This document shows positions 24,560 through 36,862 of a stretch of DNA of 64,000 nt, piece after piece. The stretch lies in contig NC_068998.1 of the NCBI RefSeq assembly GCF_001194135.2, positions 34,394,448-34,458,447 of the forward strand, written 5' to 3'. The position numbers were made by a program, and so were the translations under genes. Every line of letters starts with the position of its first letter. Within the stretch, counting starts at the first letter, position 1. The notes beneath the pieces were generated by a model. That model saw only the letters and a list, made by a program, of their open reading frames with translations, ran no database searches and had not been told where the DNA came from. The stretch comes from Octopus bimaculoides (taxonomy: Eukaryota).

Positions 24560-25010
24560 TTTTTATGTGCATGTGCATATTATATAGTAGTGTAAGAGGT
24601 TTATTAACTAATAACACAGATATCGCAAGCATAAAGGGTGTATTGTACAAGCTGCAGTTAGTGAGAATGTTGAATCTTGGAAATGGTAATAAGATGGAAA
24701 GTGTTAAAATATTTTGTTACTCAGGAGACATGCAGAAGGTAAATTGGACTCAGCAATAGTGGTTAGAATGTGATGTGCATGAAAGAAATTCCAGGAATTG
24801 TATTGGCTAATGAGGAATGATGTGCCACTGAAACTGAAGAGAAATGTAACTGTTACATGTAACAGTACAGTGAGAAGTGTTATGATGTTTGGGAATGAAA
24901 CAATCACAATGAATGGTGAGCAGCAAAGACAACAATTTCAAAGGACATTAAATGTAAACGGTTCAGTAGATAGTGGTATGTCACTAAGAGAGAGAGGGAA
25001 AGGGGTGAGG
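24560..25010 (+). mobile_element. RTE LINE 3' ORF fragment
   Basis: GNKMESVKIFCYSGDM...KKFQEL...VPLKLKRNV...VRSVMMFGNET resembles the FCYLGD...AWKKFREL...RSVMLYGSETW block. Confidence 0.7.
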
Positions 25011-25129
25011 AAACAATGAATTAGGGATTTGATAGGTAAAAGCCAGTAATAGAAATTTTGAAGAGGGATTAGATGAGATGGTTGGGGCATTTGCTTAAGA
25101 AGAATGAAGAGAAATTGACTTCTTAGCCA

Positions 25130-26122
25130 CCCAACCATGCATTTTGTTACTCAAAAATTGTCTCACACTCAAGACAGTGTGTGTAGGCACATTGTCGTGA
25201 TGAAACCACCCCTCTCCAATTTGTCATTGGTTGGAGTGTTTTCATCTCACCGCATCTCATAGAACTTCTAAGTACAATTTCTGATTAGCAGTTTGACCAG
25301 GAGGAACAAATTCTGTGGACAATTCCTCTTGTATCAATGAAACAAATCAGCATCATCATGATATAAGACTTCACTTGACGTGCTTTTTGGGGGCATGGTG
25401 ACATTGAATGTTTCCATTGACTTGATTGCTGCTTCATTTCCAGGTCATAGCCTTAGCAGCAGCTTTTGTCACCAGTGATGACCTTCGAACTATCAACTGT
25501 TCTTTCAGTTCATGACATGCATTCAGTCATCACTGCTTTTGATCTTCCATGAGAAAGTGAGGCACAAATTTTGCTGCAACTCTTTTCATTTGCGGTTCCT
25601 CACTCAAAATTCATTGGCAGGAGCTCCAGGACATGCCAGTTGTATGAACATTTTCATCAACTGTTTGGCAACAGTCCCACAAGATCAGTTCATAAATTTT
25701 CATGCTGTTTTCATTCATTCAGGAGGTTGATGGTTGTCCTGAACAAGGTTGGTCTTCACGTGACAAGTGACCATTTCTAAAGTGTGAAAACCACTTGTAA
25801 GCTTATGTTTTGCTCATGGTACAGTCCTTGTAGGCTGTTTGAAGCATGACAACAGTTTTGATCATCATTTTCCCCTGTAGAAAACAGAATTTCACAGAAG
25901 CATACTTTTCCTTCAAATCAGCCATTGTAGAAATCAACAAACAGGGGGGAAGCACAGCAAAACAATGATGCACCACATGACAATATGACCCCGCCAAATG
26001 CTGCCAATCGGCAGACTGATGCCTGATGGTTTCATCAATTGGCATCTAGCGGTAGAAGTCTAAACTATGACTGGCTTGCCCCACAGGGAATGTTTCTAGT
26101 TACTTTTAGCTACCTCTTCATA
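25130..26122 (-). mobile_element. Mariner relic (third family)
   Basis: MADLKEKYASVKFCFL (HTH), SKVITGDKSCC*GYDLEMKQQSSQWK (first catalytic D region); terminal tatgaagaggtagctaaaagt next to (TA)n and a gap. Confidence 0.85.
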
Positions 26123-26152
26123 TANNNNNNNNNNNNNNNNNNNNNNNNNNNN

Positions 26153-26187
<35 letters not shown>

Positions 26188-26393
26188 ATAATGGATAATA
26201 AAATGAATGGTTTACACCTGGTAGCTTACTGGTAAAGCACGGTCACTTTCAAAGTGATCGTTAGGTAAATAACAAATGAAAGACAGAAGATGGAATATAC
26301 AAGAATATATTATTAATCACAACAGTTATTTTGACACATCTAGCATCAACTCCTCTTGTGGGACACACAAAAACTGGTTCAGGAGTATCCAGT

Positions 26394-27115
26394 GGTGCAG
26401 ATGAATCTTGTTGGGTGATAAATAAATAAAAAATCTCATTAAAATGACTGTCCCATAATACAACTTTCCGTTTTGTAGAGAGAAAACAGCCAGACAAAGG
26501 AAAATTCTTCATATATATAGAAGATCCAAAAGTAAAATTGTAGAAGACAAAAAGAGAGACGAACACTTAATCCAGCGAGAAAAGATACTTAATAGAATTT
26601 CTGAAAGACTATTGAGATGCCTACATGCATATAAATGTGCTTTTGCACAATGCAGTGAGAATGACTTTTGAGTAACCGTTAACTTAGTGTAATTTTATTT
26701 TATTTCACTTTAAGGTATGGATGACTTAAATCTTCTTTAGACCTCCTCATTCTTCTAAACACTTACTAAATATCTAACTCACTTTGTAATTATGAGTGCA
26801 CCTAACCTCATGTGTGCGTATGCTCACATTTTTGCTAATGCTTATATGAGCATGTGTACTCGTGCCATGCTGCTTGCTCAAGGGCGTTTATAAATCCATA
26901 TCGGTTAACGGTTATTTTCAATACTTTTCTCACTGGATTAAGTGTTCGTTTCTCTTTTGTCTTCTGCAATTTTATTTTTGGATCTTCTATATATATGAAG
27001 AATTTTCCTCCGTCTGGCTGTTTTCCTCTCTACAAAATGGAAAGTTGCATTATGAAACAGTCATTTTAACAAGATTTATTTATTTATTTATCACTCAACG
27101 AGATATGTCTGCACC
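26394..27115. repeat. Long inverted repeat, about 195-bp arms and about 330-bp spacer
   Basis: 26394-26589 is the reverse complement of about 26920-27115; the ORF track shows near-identical peptides on opposite strands (FGSSIYMKNFP). Confidence 0.9.
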
Positions 27116-28054
27116 AACAATATGAGTCTTTGTAGGCAGCTACTCCCACAAAAGCCAAAATAAAATTTGGGATTTATGGAGGGTTGAAGTTGGGAACAAA
27201 AACAGGACAGTGGAGACATACAAGAAAACTGAATGAAAACAAACACGGAGTATCATTAGACCAGATGATGGTAAAATAGCAAACACTGGAGAAATATTTT
27301 CTTTGACAAGAGAAAAGATAGAAGAGATAGATAGGATATGTGCAGTCTTTATGACAGCCCTGAAGGAAAAGAAAGATGATCACATGAGGAAAAGAAAGAT
27401 GAGGAAGAAGAAGGAGGAGGCTCTTCCTCCTCCTCCTCCTCCTTCTTCTTCTTTGCCACCTCCTTCCTCAGCTACTACTGCTGCTTAAACAATTAAAACC
27501 AAGAACTCATATCAAATATTCTTTTAGGACTGCTACTACCTACTAACTACTGCAAAGCCTTCACAAGAGTAAAAAAGGGAGACAAACAGAAAAAAGGAAA
27601 ATGTCCCTTGTATTTGAAAGCTATGGAAATATTTTAAAAAAACATTTCATTTAATTTTGTTCCACAATTTAATTGTTTTTCATGCTTCACTCTAACTTGA
27701 AAAAAGTCACAGACTGAAACCGGTACTAAAATGTTCTTCATGATAACATTATTTTAGCATTTTCTACCTTGTCATATTTCCCTTATATNNNNNNNNNNNN
27801 NNNNNNNNNNNNNNNNNNNNNNNNNNNNNNNNNNNNNNNNNNNNNNNNNNNNNNNNNNNNNNNNNNNNNNNNNNNNNNNNNNNNNNNNNNNNNNNNNNNN
27901 NNNNNNNNNNNNNNNNNNNNNNNNNNNNNNNNNNNNNNNNNNNNNNNNNNNNNNNNNNNNNNNNNNNNNNNNNNNNNNNNNNNNNNNNNNNNNNNNNNNN
28001 NNNNNNNNNNNNNNNNNNNNNNNNNNNNNNNNNNNNNNNNNNNNNNNNNNNNNT

Positions 28055-29520
28055 ATAAGAGACCAAAGTGTATGTACATCGCTATATATATATATATATG
28101 TAAAAAATACAAAATAGGACAAGAAAGCAAAACATTCAGACAAAAAAGGGACAACAAAACATCCAGACAGACGCTACAGAGAAAACAAGGACGAGTTCCA
28201 GATTATCTTTGCAATTTCGACTGGTTATACTCGAGATTGCTCCAATCTGGCCAGCCCCAAGGAAAAACTAAGCTAAGAGTATTAGATTCCTTGGAAGAAA
28301 GCATCAAATGTATACGAAAAGAAGGACGGAAAAAAAGGAGAATGTTACACAAATACAAATAAAAGGACCTAACAACAGGTGTCTTTCGACTAAGAATGAA
28401 TTAAATTAAGCTGGTGCGTGTGGAAATAAAGCCTTACGGCAGAGATACATGATTTCACAGGTACAGGGAGGAATATAGATGTTGCACGGATGATGGCCGA
28501 ACCAAGAAAGAAAGATCAGGCTTGGCTGAATGAACACTGGTCACATGGGGAGAGAAGAGAGAGAGGTAGAGGCAGAGGGACAGAAGAATAATTAAGGAGG
28601 GGTGAGATATATAAAATATAAATAATATATAAATATATGCATATATACATACATATATGTACTTACCTACATATGTATGTATATATACATGCATATATGG
28701 GTACAGGGCATCAAAAAAATGTAGACAGAATGAGAAACGAAAACATAAAAAACAAAAACATAGAAAGCGAACTTTTTTCGAACAACAAAAAAACAAACAA
28801 ACAGAGAAACGAGACATGCAACATAAAGAACATTCCCTTTATTAGTTGTCTCCTGTTTTATCTTCTTCGTGTTTCAAAAGTAAGGACAAGATTCCACTTC
28901 GTTAAAACAGTCCTTCCTGCAAAGCAAATTAAACAAAATTTGGGATTTTTTGCAGAGGGTGAAAGTGGTAACAAGAACAGGACAGTAAGAACAAAACAGT
29001 AAAAACAAATGGTGTGAGCTGTTAAGCGAAGACGATGTGAAGTGGTGAAAGCTAGAAAAACAAGCTTTGAGAAGAAACAGATAAAACACGTCTTGTCTTT
29101 AGAAAGGAAATGGAAGAAAGAAAGATGGATGGCCGTTGGTCACGTGTGAGCAACGAGAGAGTCAAGGAGGAAGAGTGAGAGAGAGAGAGAGGTGACAGTG
29201 AAGGGGAGAGGAGAAGAATAGGGAAAGGGTGGGAGAGAAAAAACAGAAAGGAAGAAGAACAAGAGAGGGAGATAGATAGATAAAAAAGTGATAGAATTAG
29301 AGTGCGCATCATAATTATTAAGATACAACTTACTCGGAAAAGGATGCATGGCGTTCGATCATGTAATAATATAAATAATATATATATATGCATATATACA
29401 TACATATATGTACATACCTACATATATATGTATATATACATGCATATATGGGTACAGGACGTCAAAAATCATAGACAAAATGAGAAATGAAAACATAAAA
29501 AACGAACTTTTTTAGAACAA
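28055..29520. repeat. Relatively young, CpG-retaining repeat block with about 170-bp direct repeats (28610-28790 and 29365-29520)
   Basis: Direct repeat ...gcatatatgggtacagg...cataaaaaac...gaactttttt; 28915-28990 also resembles about 27150-27215. Family not identified (Penelope pLTR or LTR-like is inference). Confidence 0.6.
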
Positions 29521-29524
29521 TGAA

Positions 29525-29690
29525 AAATGGGCTTTTTTCAGTTTCTATCTATTAAATCCACTCACAAGGCTTTGGTTGGCTCAAGGTTATAGTGGAAGAC
29601 ATTTGCCCAAGGCGTCACACAGTGGGACTGAACCCAGAACAATGTGGTTGAGAAGCCATCTTCTTACCACACAGCCATACCTGAGGCTAT
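29525..29690 (-). mobile_element. Composite SINE head only
   Basis: Reverse complement of the tRNA-like head and CORE-like motif. Confidence 0.8.
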
Positions 29691-30207
29691 ATCCACACAA
29701 ACATGCCTGCACTTATATTTCTATATGTCCGTGCATGAGAGTAAGAAAGAGAGAGAAAAGGAAGTTAGAGACAGAGAGAGGAACATCTGAAGCCATACTG
29801 GATAAGATATACTAATGTGTGTCCTGTCGGAACCTTATTGACAAAGACAATATTGCTCACAAATGCATAATACAAATAAAAAGAGAAAACCAAATGGTAA
29901 GTCATTTGACTCTAGTTAGCTTAATGTATGTAGAAGATAGCTATAAAACAGATGCCATTCTCACTTCACAGCAGAATGTCTACTACTTATAAGGTTATTT
30001 AGCTGTAAATTCTGTGAGTACGAATTTATGGGAAACATGGAAAATTTTTAGAAATGTGTTTTCCACCATGATTTCCATAAACTGATGCACACTGATATAA
30101 CTTATACTATGGAGATAGTTATATCTGTATGCATACACACACACACACACACATACACACATAAACACACACACTCACACACACACATATGTATATGCAT
30201 GTATGTA

Positions 30208-30400
30208 TAGTTCAAATTTATAGAAAAAAAAAACAAAAGACGAAGATAAGTGTAGAAACAACAAGCAGGTGTATTAGTTTAATGCTCGGGAAAAATGGAA
30301 TGGTCTTTTATGTTTCAAGCCTACTCTTTTCGACAGAAAGGAATAAAAGGCAAAAAATTGGAGAGAATGAAAAAAAAATGGATAGAGAAAAACTGTAGAA
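30208..30400 (-). repeat. Dispersed repeat containing a hammerhead-ribozyme-like motif (30305-30340)
   Basis: Homolog at 12538-12670; motif described in findings. Confidence 0.55.
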
Positions 30401-30825
30401 TTCAGCAGTTCAACATGGTGAGATTATATATATATATATAAAAGATAGGACATTATTCCTTAAGAAATTGTTATACAGTTAAATTTGTTTATATTAGTAA
30501 AATATTCAAGTCATATGCTCCATGAAGCAGACTCTTAATTTCTAGAATGTTTGATTATTTGAAATAATACATACATACATCTTATGTAATGAGCAGCAAT
30601 ATTTAAACACCCATGGAATGCAAGGGGTGGTGGTTGGGGATGCATTTGTCTGTGTTTGTGTAATTTTATACATGCACACACACACACGTGTGTGTGTGTA
30701 AGGGTGCTTGTGTCTCTCTTTTTTGGCATTCTGTGATAGTTGTAAACAAGCATTCCTGTCATACAAGCAGTCTCCTTCATTTTCAATCTTCTGTAAGAAT
30801 ATGTTCAGGTGTGGAGATGTGTTAC

Positions 30826-30900
30826 CTTGCTTTGAAACAGCTGTGGACTGTTGATAGGGAGTATATCCAGCCATAGAATATCTGCTATAATAAGTTCCTT
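30826..30900 (-). CDS. Candidate internal exon, 75 nt, phase 0-0: KELIIADILWLDILPINSPQLFQSK
   Basis: Acceptor ttttccatgcttgcatgtctcag|, donor AAG|gtaaca; phase-compatible with 31598-31686. Confidence 0.4.
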
Positions 30901-31133
30901 CTGAGACATGCAAGCATGGAAAAGTGGGTGTTTAATCAATGATGATGGTAATATTGTATATGCACAGACAAGACAGACAGACAGACAGATAAACAGACAG
31001 ACAGACAGACTGACAGAAATAGCTATAAACATGTATGTTGTATATATGTGCCTATATATTTAAATACATATACATATACATACATACATACACATATATA
31101 TATGTTTTATTTATATATATACACACATACACA

Positions 31134-31173
<40 letters not shown>

Positions 31174-31597
31174 ATCAATTATTTAGCAGTGAAATTACTA
31201 GACAGTACTTAATAATAATGTAATGATTAATGGTTATCTAAAAAAAAATTTACGTTGAGAATCCTCAAGTGATTGAACAGCGTAAACAATTATAGCTGAG
31301 ATTTGAATAAAGATATTCATATTTTACATAGACATATATTAATGAATAAGTAACCATCTTTCTGTTTGCTGTAGTAGTAGTAGTAGTAGTAGTTATGAGA
31401 TAATGTACATTTTGAATATAATTTTGATTATTTTGGTTAATAACTGTTATATGGGTATATATGAATATATGAATATTGATGCTAATTGTATGAAGATGGA
31501 AAATGTTGCTTTGAAATTTATTTAAATAGTAAAGATACTGAAACCTTATTGTTGTGTGGTTAAAGGGTTTGATTACATAACACATTGTAATGCATAC

Positions 31598-31686
31598 GGA
31601 TGCTGACGCTATCAGTCTGTCCTTCTGTTGTACTTCAAGGCAAAGGGTTGCCTCTAGTTTTGAAGTTATTCCAAGTACAGGCTTCA
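31598..31686 (-). CDS. Candidate internal exon, 89 nt, phase 1-0: (V)KPVLGITSKLEATLCLEVQQKDRLIASAS
   Basis: Acceptor tgtgtcag|, donor TCC|gtatgc; GC-richer island in AT-rich DNA; open frame. Confidence 0.4.
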
Positions 31687-31804
31687 CTGACACATCATAT
31701 TTGAGAAATTAGCAGTAGAAATTGTGGTGTTGACTTGTAAAACATTGCACAAAATGCAACAGTTCTGAATCAGATAGAAATTTGTAAGGAAATAAAATTA
31801 TTGT

Positions 31805-31886
<82 letters not shown>

Positions 31887-32908
31887 CACACACACATTCA
31901 AGTATACACACATATACATATATATGAGCATAGTCATAGCTGTGTGATTGAAAATTCACCTTACAACCACAAGATTCTTGGCTCAGTTCCATTGTTCTGT
32001 TTGTTGTTATAGTAGTAGTAGTAGTAGTTATGAGACTATGTTAGGCATGTGTCTTCTAGAATAGCCTTGTGCTGACCATTACCTCATGAATGAAAGTTTG
32101 TTTGTAGAAACTGTGTATATGAATGTGTGAACTCTGCTTCTATCTGTCGGTGTACTTTGTTACATTGCTTTATATCAGAATCATAACTTAATAATTTGAT
32201 ATCTAGATACTGATAAAATTAGGTACTGATGGTGATGTGATTAACTAAAACTCTTGAAGGTGGTATACCAGCATATCACAGTCCAATGACTGGAAACAGA
32301 ATACGACATTTGTGTTTTTGTAATAAGAACAAAATAATAAGTACTTACCCTGCTTAACTTAGTTCATAAACTGATTTATTAAAGTTTATGTAGCAGACAT
32401 TCATCAGATCTCATTTCAATGAAGAACTGTTTTTAAAGAAAAATGTCTCAGTTTTGTTGTGAATTGCATTTGGAGTTTTGTTATATGCCTAGCATACTTC
32501 AAGTGGATCAGTTAGTCTTTTATCTCACTGCTGTAATTCACCAGGTAGAATCAGTTTTCTGGCACCATTTCAATATGCTTTACATCTTATAATTTAATAT
32601 ATCAAAATATTGCATAATTATATTAGATATATGAACTGAGCAGAGTTGGCACTTTTATGCTCTTCTCTTTCAATGAAACTTTAGTTCAATAGATTAGCCA
32701 TTGATTTGTTGGTTTCTTTCTTCTTGTAATTATATTCGTCTTCCAGAATATTACATCAATTACATAACCAGGGTTTAAAACTTTTTTTTATATATTTACT
32801 AAAATTCATTGTCTAACTGTATGTTACTGTGACAATATTTCATTCTATAGTTTATGACATTTATGATTGGATAAAATGTAATATTCAAAATTATGTTTAT
32901 ATATATAC

Positions 32909-32942
<34 letters not shown>

Positions 32943-33089
32943 ATGTATGTGTGTGTGTCTGTGTGTGTTTAGCAAGAGAAATAGAGAGAGAGAGAAAGAG
33001 AGAGTGCTCTACGGTAAGCTTATTAGTCAGGGTAATAAAAATGCAGTGTTAATTTCTAATAACTCCATAAAAAAATTATTCAAAATAAA

Positions 33090-33690
33090 TATGTCTCAAT
33101 ATTTTTAGGTCTTCCTTTAGACAATACCTTGGCTTACATCAGATTAGATATGAATTCTGTTAAATTAGCAATGACAAACTGATTCATATTTATGCAGTTT
33201 TTGTTTCATACTTCTTCCAGTTTTGTAATTGATGTAATTTTCATCAGTCTGGCTGTGCTGTTCTCCAACATGTTCTATTGCATTAAGATCAGGACCTTAA
33301 GTAACCCATTTGAAATTGGATTCACTGGATTCTTGTCCAAGCTTGTGATATGTTGCATGTATGACATAAGGCTCCATCATCATAAGAAAAAAAGAGTCTT
33401 CTTAATTTCTAAGATGCAACAGATGGGTATTGGCAGTATTTTGGGTGATTTAATTGATTTTCCTACCACCACCATCACCACCTTATCATAATTCTAACTC
33501 CACAATATTCTAACTATTTCTTGCCAAGAAATCCATATAATTGATCATTCATTTCCCTTGTTGCAGAACCCATTGGCTCAGTTGAACCTTTTGATTTCCC
33601 TAGACTCTGAAATGATTGACATTTTTCTTGCAACTCTTAGTACATATCCCAGGTCTTTCAGGACTTTTCTAACACAATATAGCACCATAT
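33090..33690 (-). mobile_element. Tc1-like transposase relic
   Basis: VRKVLKDLGYVLRVARKMSIIS (second HTH), YDDGALCHT (QDNAPCHT-like), GPDLNAIEHV (SPDLNPIEN-like). Confidence 0.75.
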
Positions 33691-33958
33691 CTTTTACCTT
33701 TTACTTGTTTCAGTCATTAGACTGTGGCCATGCTGGAGCACTGCCTCAAAGAACTTTTAGTTGAATGAATCAATGCCAGCAGTTATTTTTTGATAAACCT
33801 GATACTTACTTTATCGGTCACTTTTGCTGAACTGCTAGGTTATAGGGACATGAGCACAGGAGCATCGGTTGTCAAGTGGTGGTGTGGGATAAACACAGAC
33901 ACACACATGCATGTGCACATACACACACATGCATGTGCACATACACACACATGCATGT

Positions 33959-34000
<42 letters not shown>

Positions 34001-34165
34001 GCATATATGACAAGCTTCTTACAGTTTCCCTCTACCAAATCCACTCACAAGGTTTTGGTCAGCCCAAGGTTACTGTAGAAGACACTTGCCCAAGGTGCCG
34101 TGCAATGGGACAGAACTTGGAACCATGTGGTTGGGAAGCAAGCTTCTTGTGACACTGCCACACCA
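33690..34165 (-). mobile_element. Composite SINE copy with internal CA/CATG minisatellite
   Basis: Tail and head homologous to 2447-2850; internal (acacacatgcatgtgc)x3 plus (CA)n. Confidence 0.85.
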
Positions 34166-34839
34166 TAGAATCATAACTTTTTTAACAGTAATATGACTGT
34201 TTAGTAACTTCTTTTTTAACTGCCTTCTTTACCCTCTCTAAAACTTTCTGCATCCTCCCAGATGTCTTCTTCTCTCACAAATGCTCTTCTTATATCCTCC
34301 CCTTGTCTATGTCATTCATTGTTTGATGATTAATATTTAAAAAAATCAAGCTTTTTCTTAATTGGACTTTCTACAGTGATACTAACTGATAACATACCCA
34401 TATGTAAATTCCTCATAATCTTTTTCCATATAATTTCTTTTTTAGTAGTTTATCAAAATAAATTTACAATTAATTCAATCCAAATGCATGACAGAATGTA
34501 TATGTAGGTACTTAAAACAGGGAAAATATCAGTTAGAAAAAAAGGGAAAGTAAATCAGTAGCTAACGATTTTCTATCTCACACTGTATGTATATAAACAA
34601 ACACATATGTATATTGATATGTATGGGTCTTTTATTTTCTATCTTTTACGTGTTTCAGTGATTGGGCTGTGGCTATGCAAAGGCACCTGCAGTCTAATGA
34701 CTGAATCATTTAATAGATAATATATGTATGTATGTGTATGTATGTATGCATGTATGTATGCATGTATGTATGTATGTATGTTTGTGTATGTATGTATGTA
34801 TGTATGTATGTATGTAGGTTTATTTGTATGTTCTTGTTC

Positions 34840-35600
34840 TCTTTTTAATTTAGAGTAAATTTTGACCAGCCATCTATTTCATAAAAAAGTTCTGAAAGAA
34901 AGCATCTCATTTTAACCACCTTAATATCCTTCAAATATTAAAAATGGTTTTGCAAATTTTAATAGTTCCAGATAATGTGAACAGTGGTAGTATATGAATT
35001 AAAGACTTGCAGTCTCTCCCCAAGATCCCAAGTTCAGCCATACTTTGTTCTAGACAGATTGGTATTTATCCTGTTGTTCCAATAATAATAGGTATGAAGC
35101 TGGAAGTGTATCTTGGATACTGGATTTGCAAACTCTTGTATTTTTCTGCCACATCAGTGTCCAGAGGTCAGCTGATTTTCCTGACAGAAAACATCTTTTC
35201 TCTGTTGTCCCCACAAAACAATATTTGGCTGGTTGTGTTTTAACTTGGTGGTTGTATAAATTTTTAACTTAGTGGATGCTTTAATTTTCAAGTTCCACCC
35301 TTTTGACTCATCGGTCTCAATATGATCAATTCGTCTATAGGTATTTTCTTTTTGTTATCTTGTTCCAGACTGTTCTGGCCACTGCATCATATGTCATGAG
35401 AAAATAATACGAAGAAGACATTCTCTTGCATTTAACAACAATGTGGTTTATGTCTTCAATCTTGGTGTTGCACAGCCAACATTTGTCATCTTTGACAGAC
35501 AACAAATGACGGTTGTGTGTAATAATGGGAAGTTATAGTTTAGCTGTTGAATACATGTTTATTTGACCATTCCATGTTTCTAAGAATATATTCTCTAAAG
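34840..35600 (-). mobile_element. R4/Dong-like element 3' end (RLE domain plus 3' UTR)
   Basis: NQPNIVLWGQQ...EISxPLDTDV...KSLQIQYPRYTSSFIPIIIGTTG (PD..E/K RLE region); 3' UTR aligns with 47735-47810. Confidence 0.8.
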
Positions 35601-35989
35601 TTCCTTTTCTTTATCTTTTTAAAGTTGGTAGTGTACAACATGATGAAGATTTAGCTGTTAATTCTAATAGATCAAGTGAATATATATACATGAGCCATAC
35701 CCACCCATTCAGTTGTGAAGCAATATTTCATTGATTACAGAGTAACGATCTATGTTTGATATATATGCGTTAATGACTTTCTCACATGAATCATATTAAA
35801 TGTAAATATTCAACAACTACTTTGATAACTGTCTGAGTTTAGTTTGCTATTAGTAATTATGAGCCTGATTAGATCAAAATTACTGGAGATGTTCTCTGTC
35901 AAGTTTCACTATGGTGTCAAGAAAATAATTACAATGTTTAGAAATGCTTCACTCTTTACACACACACATGCACACACACCATCATCATC

Positions 35990-36280
35990 ATTATCATCAT
36001 CATCCTCATCATCCACATCATTGCTTTACCTCACTTTTCCATGCCAGTATGGGTTGGGCAGGTTGTTACTTTTCTAGATAGGTTGGTTTGAAGAACCATA
36101 TCTTGCTTATGAGTTATTTTTTAAATTTTTGACATGATTTCTACTGCTGGATGTCCTTCCTAACATTAACCACTTTACAGAAGATACTAAGAACAATCTT
36201 TCATAGCACCAGCATTAAAAATACTGTCATGTATCTGACAAGACCAAAGGGTCCAAGCAACTTCACATGCCTGTGAGTGA
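35990..36280 (-). mobile_element. RTE-tail SINE/LINE 3' fragment ending in (GAT)n
   Basis: ttttccatgccagtatggg and gatgtccttcctaac..aaccactttacag are shared with about 10345-10460 and 56790-57000. Confidence 0.5.
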
Positions 36281-36453
36281 CAATATTGGTAGAGTATTTG
36301 GGGCACACAACTGATGAGATACCATATCATTATGCCTTGTGATGAGCAAGAAAGTTAGGATGATAGAGACATGAGTAACAATGGCATAGGTGGTAGACAG
36401 ATAAATGATAAAGTGATGTGATATATATGTGAATACATACATATACATATATG

Positions 36454-36497
<44 letters not shown>

Positions 36498-36583
36498 CAT
36501 ACACATATGTATGTATATACATATATATATATAAATCCAAAAAAGAAGCACACTCTAAGTCATAGAGCAATAGAGAATATAGA

Positions 36584-36862
36584 TAAGGATAGATTATGCC
36601 CAGTCTGGGGTTACCCTGGGGCTTCACATCCATTAAGTGCTTAGCTTTACAGCATTTCTTCAAACCCTAGGCCTGTGGCTTCTGTAGAAAATGGAGGAGA
36701 AAATGACTTTGTTATGCTGCCAACAAGAGATTGACTCCCTTTGACAATCCCTTGTTTTCTAGAGAGGCCATAGGTCTAAGGTCTGAAGAAACATTGTAAT
36801 GCTAAGCACTTTATGGATGTGAAACCCAGAGTAACCCCATAGACTGGCCATATCTATCTTTA
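36584..36862. mobile_element. MITE-like fold-back element (about 108-bp arms, about 60-bp spacer)
   Basis: taaggatagattatgcccagtctggggttacc...tagaaaa versus its reverse complement ttttctag...ggccatatctatcttta. Confidence 0.85.

Noticed and set aside
22220-28362. Long ORFs (197-300 aa) in the ORF track
   Set aside because: They are runs of X across N-gaps plus (TA)n-encoded YI repeats.
36311-36350. CTGATGA hammerhead core matches (also near 3736, 10029, 38810 and 40010)
   Set aside because: No correctly spaced helix II/GAAA/NUH and closing helix found by eye.
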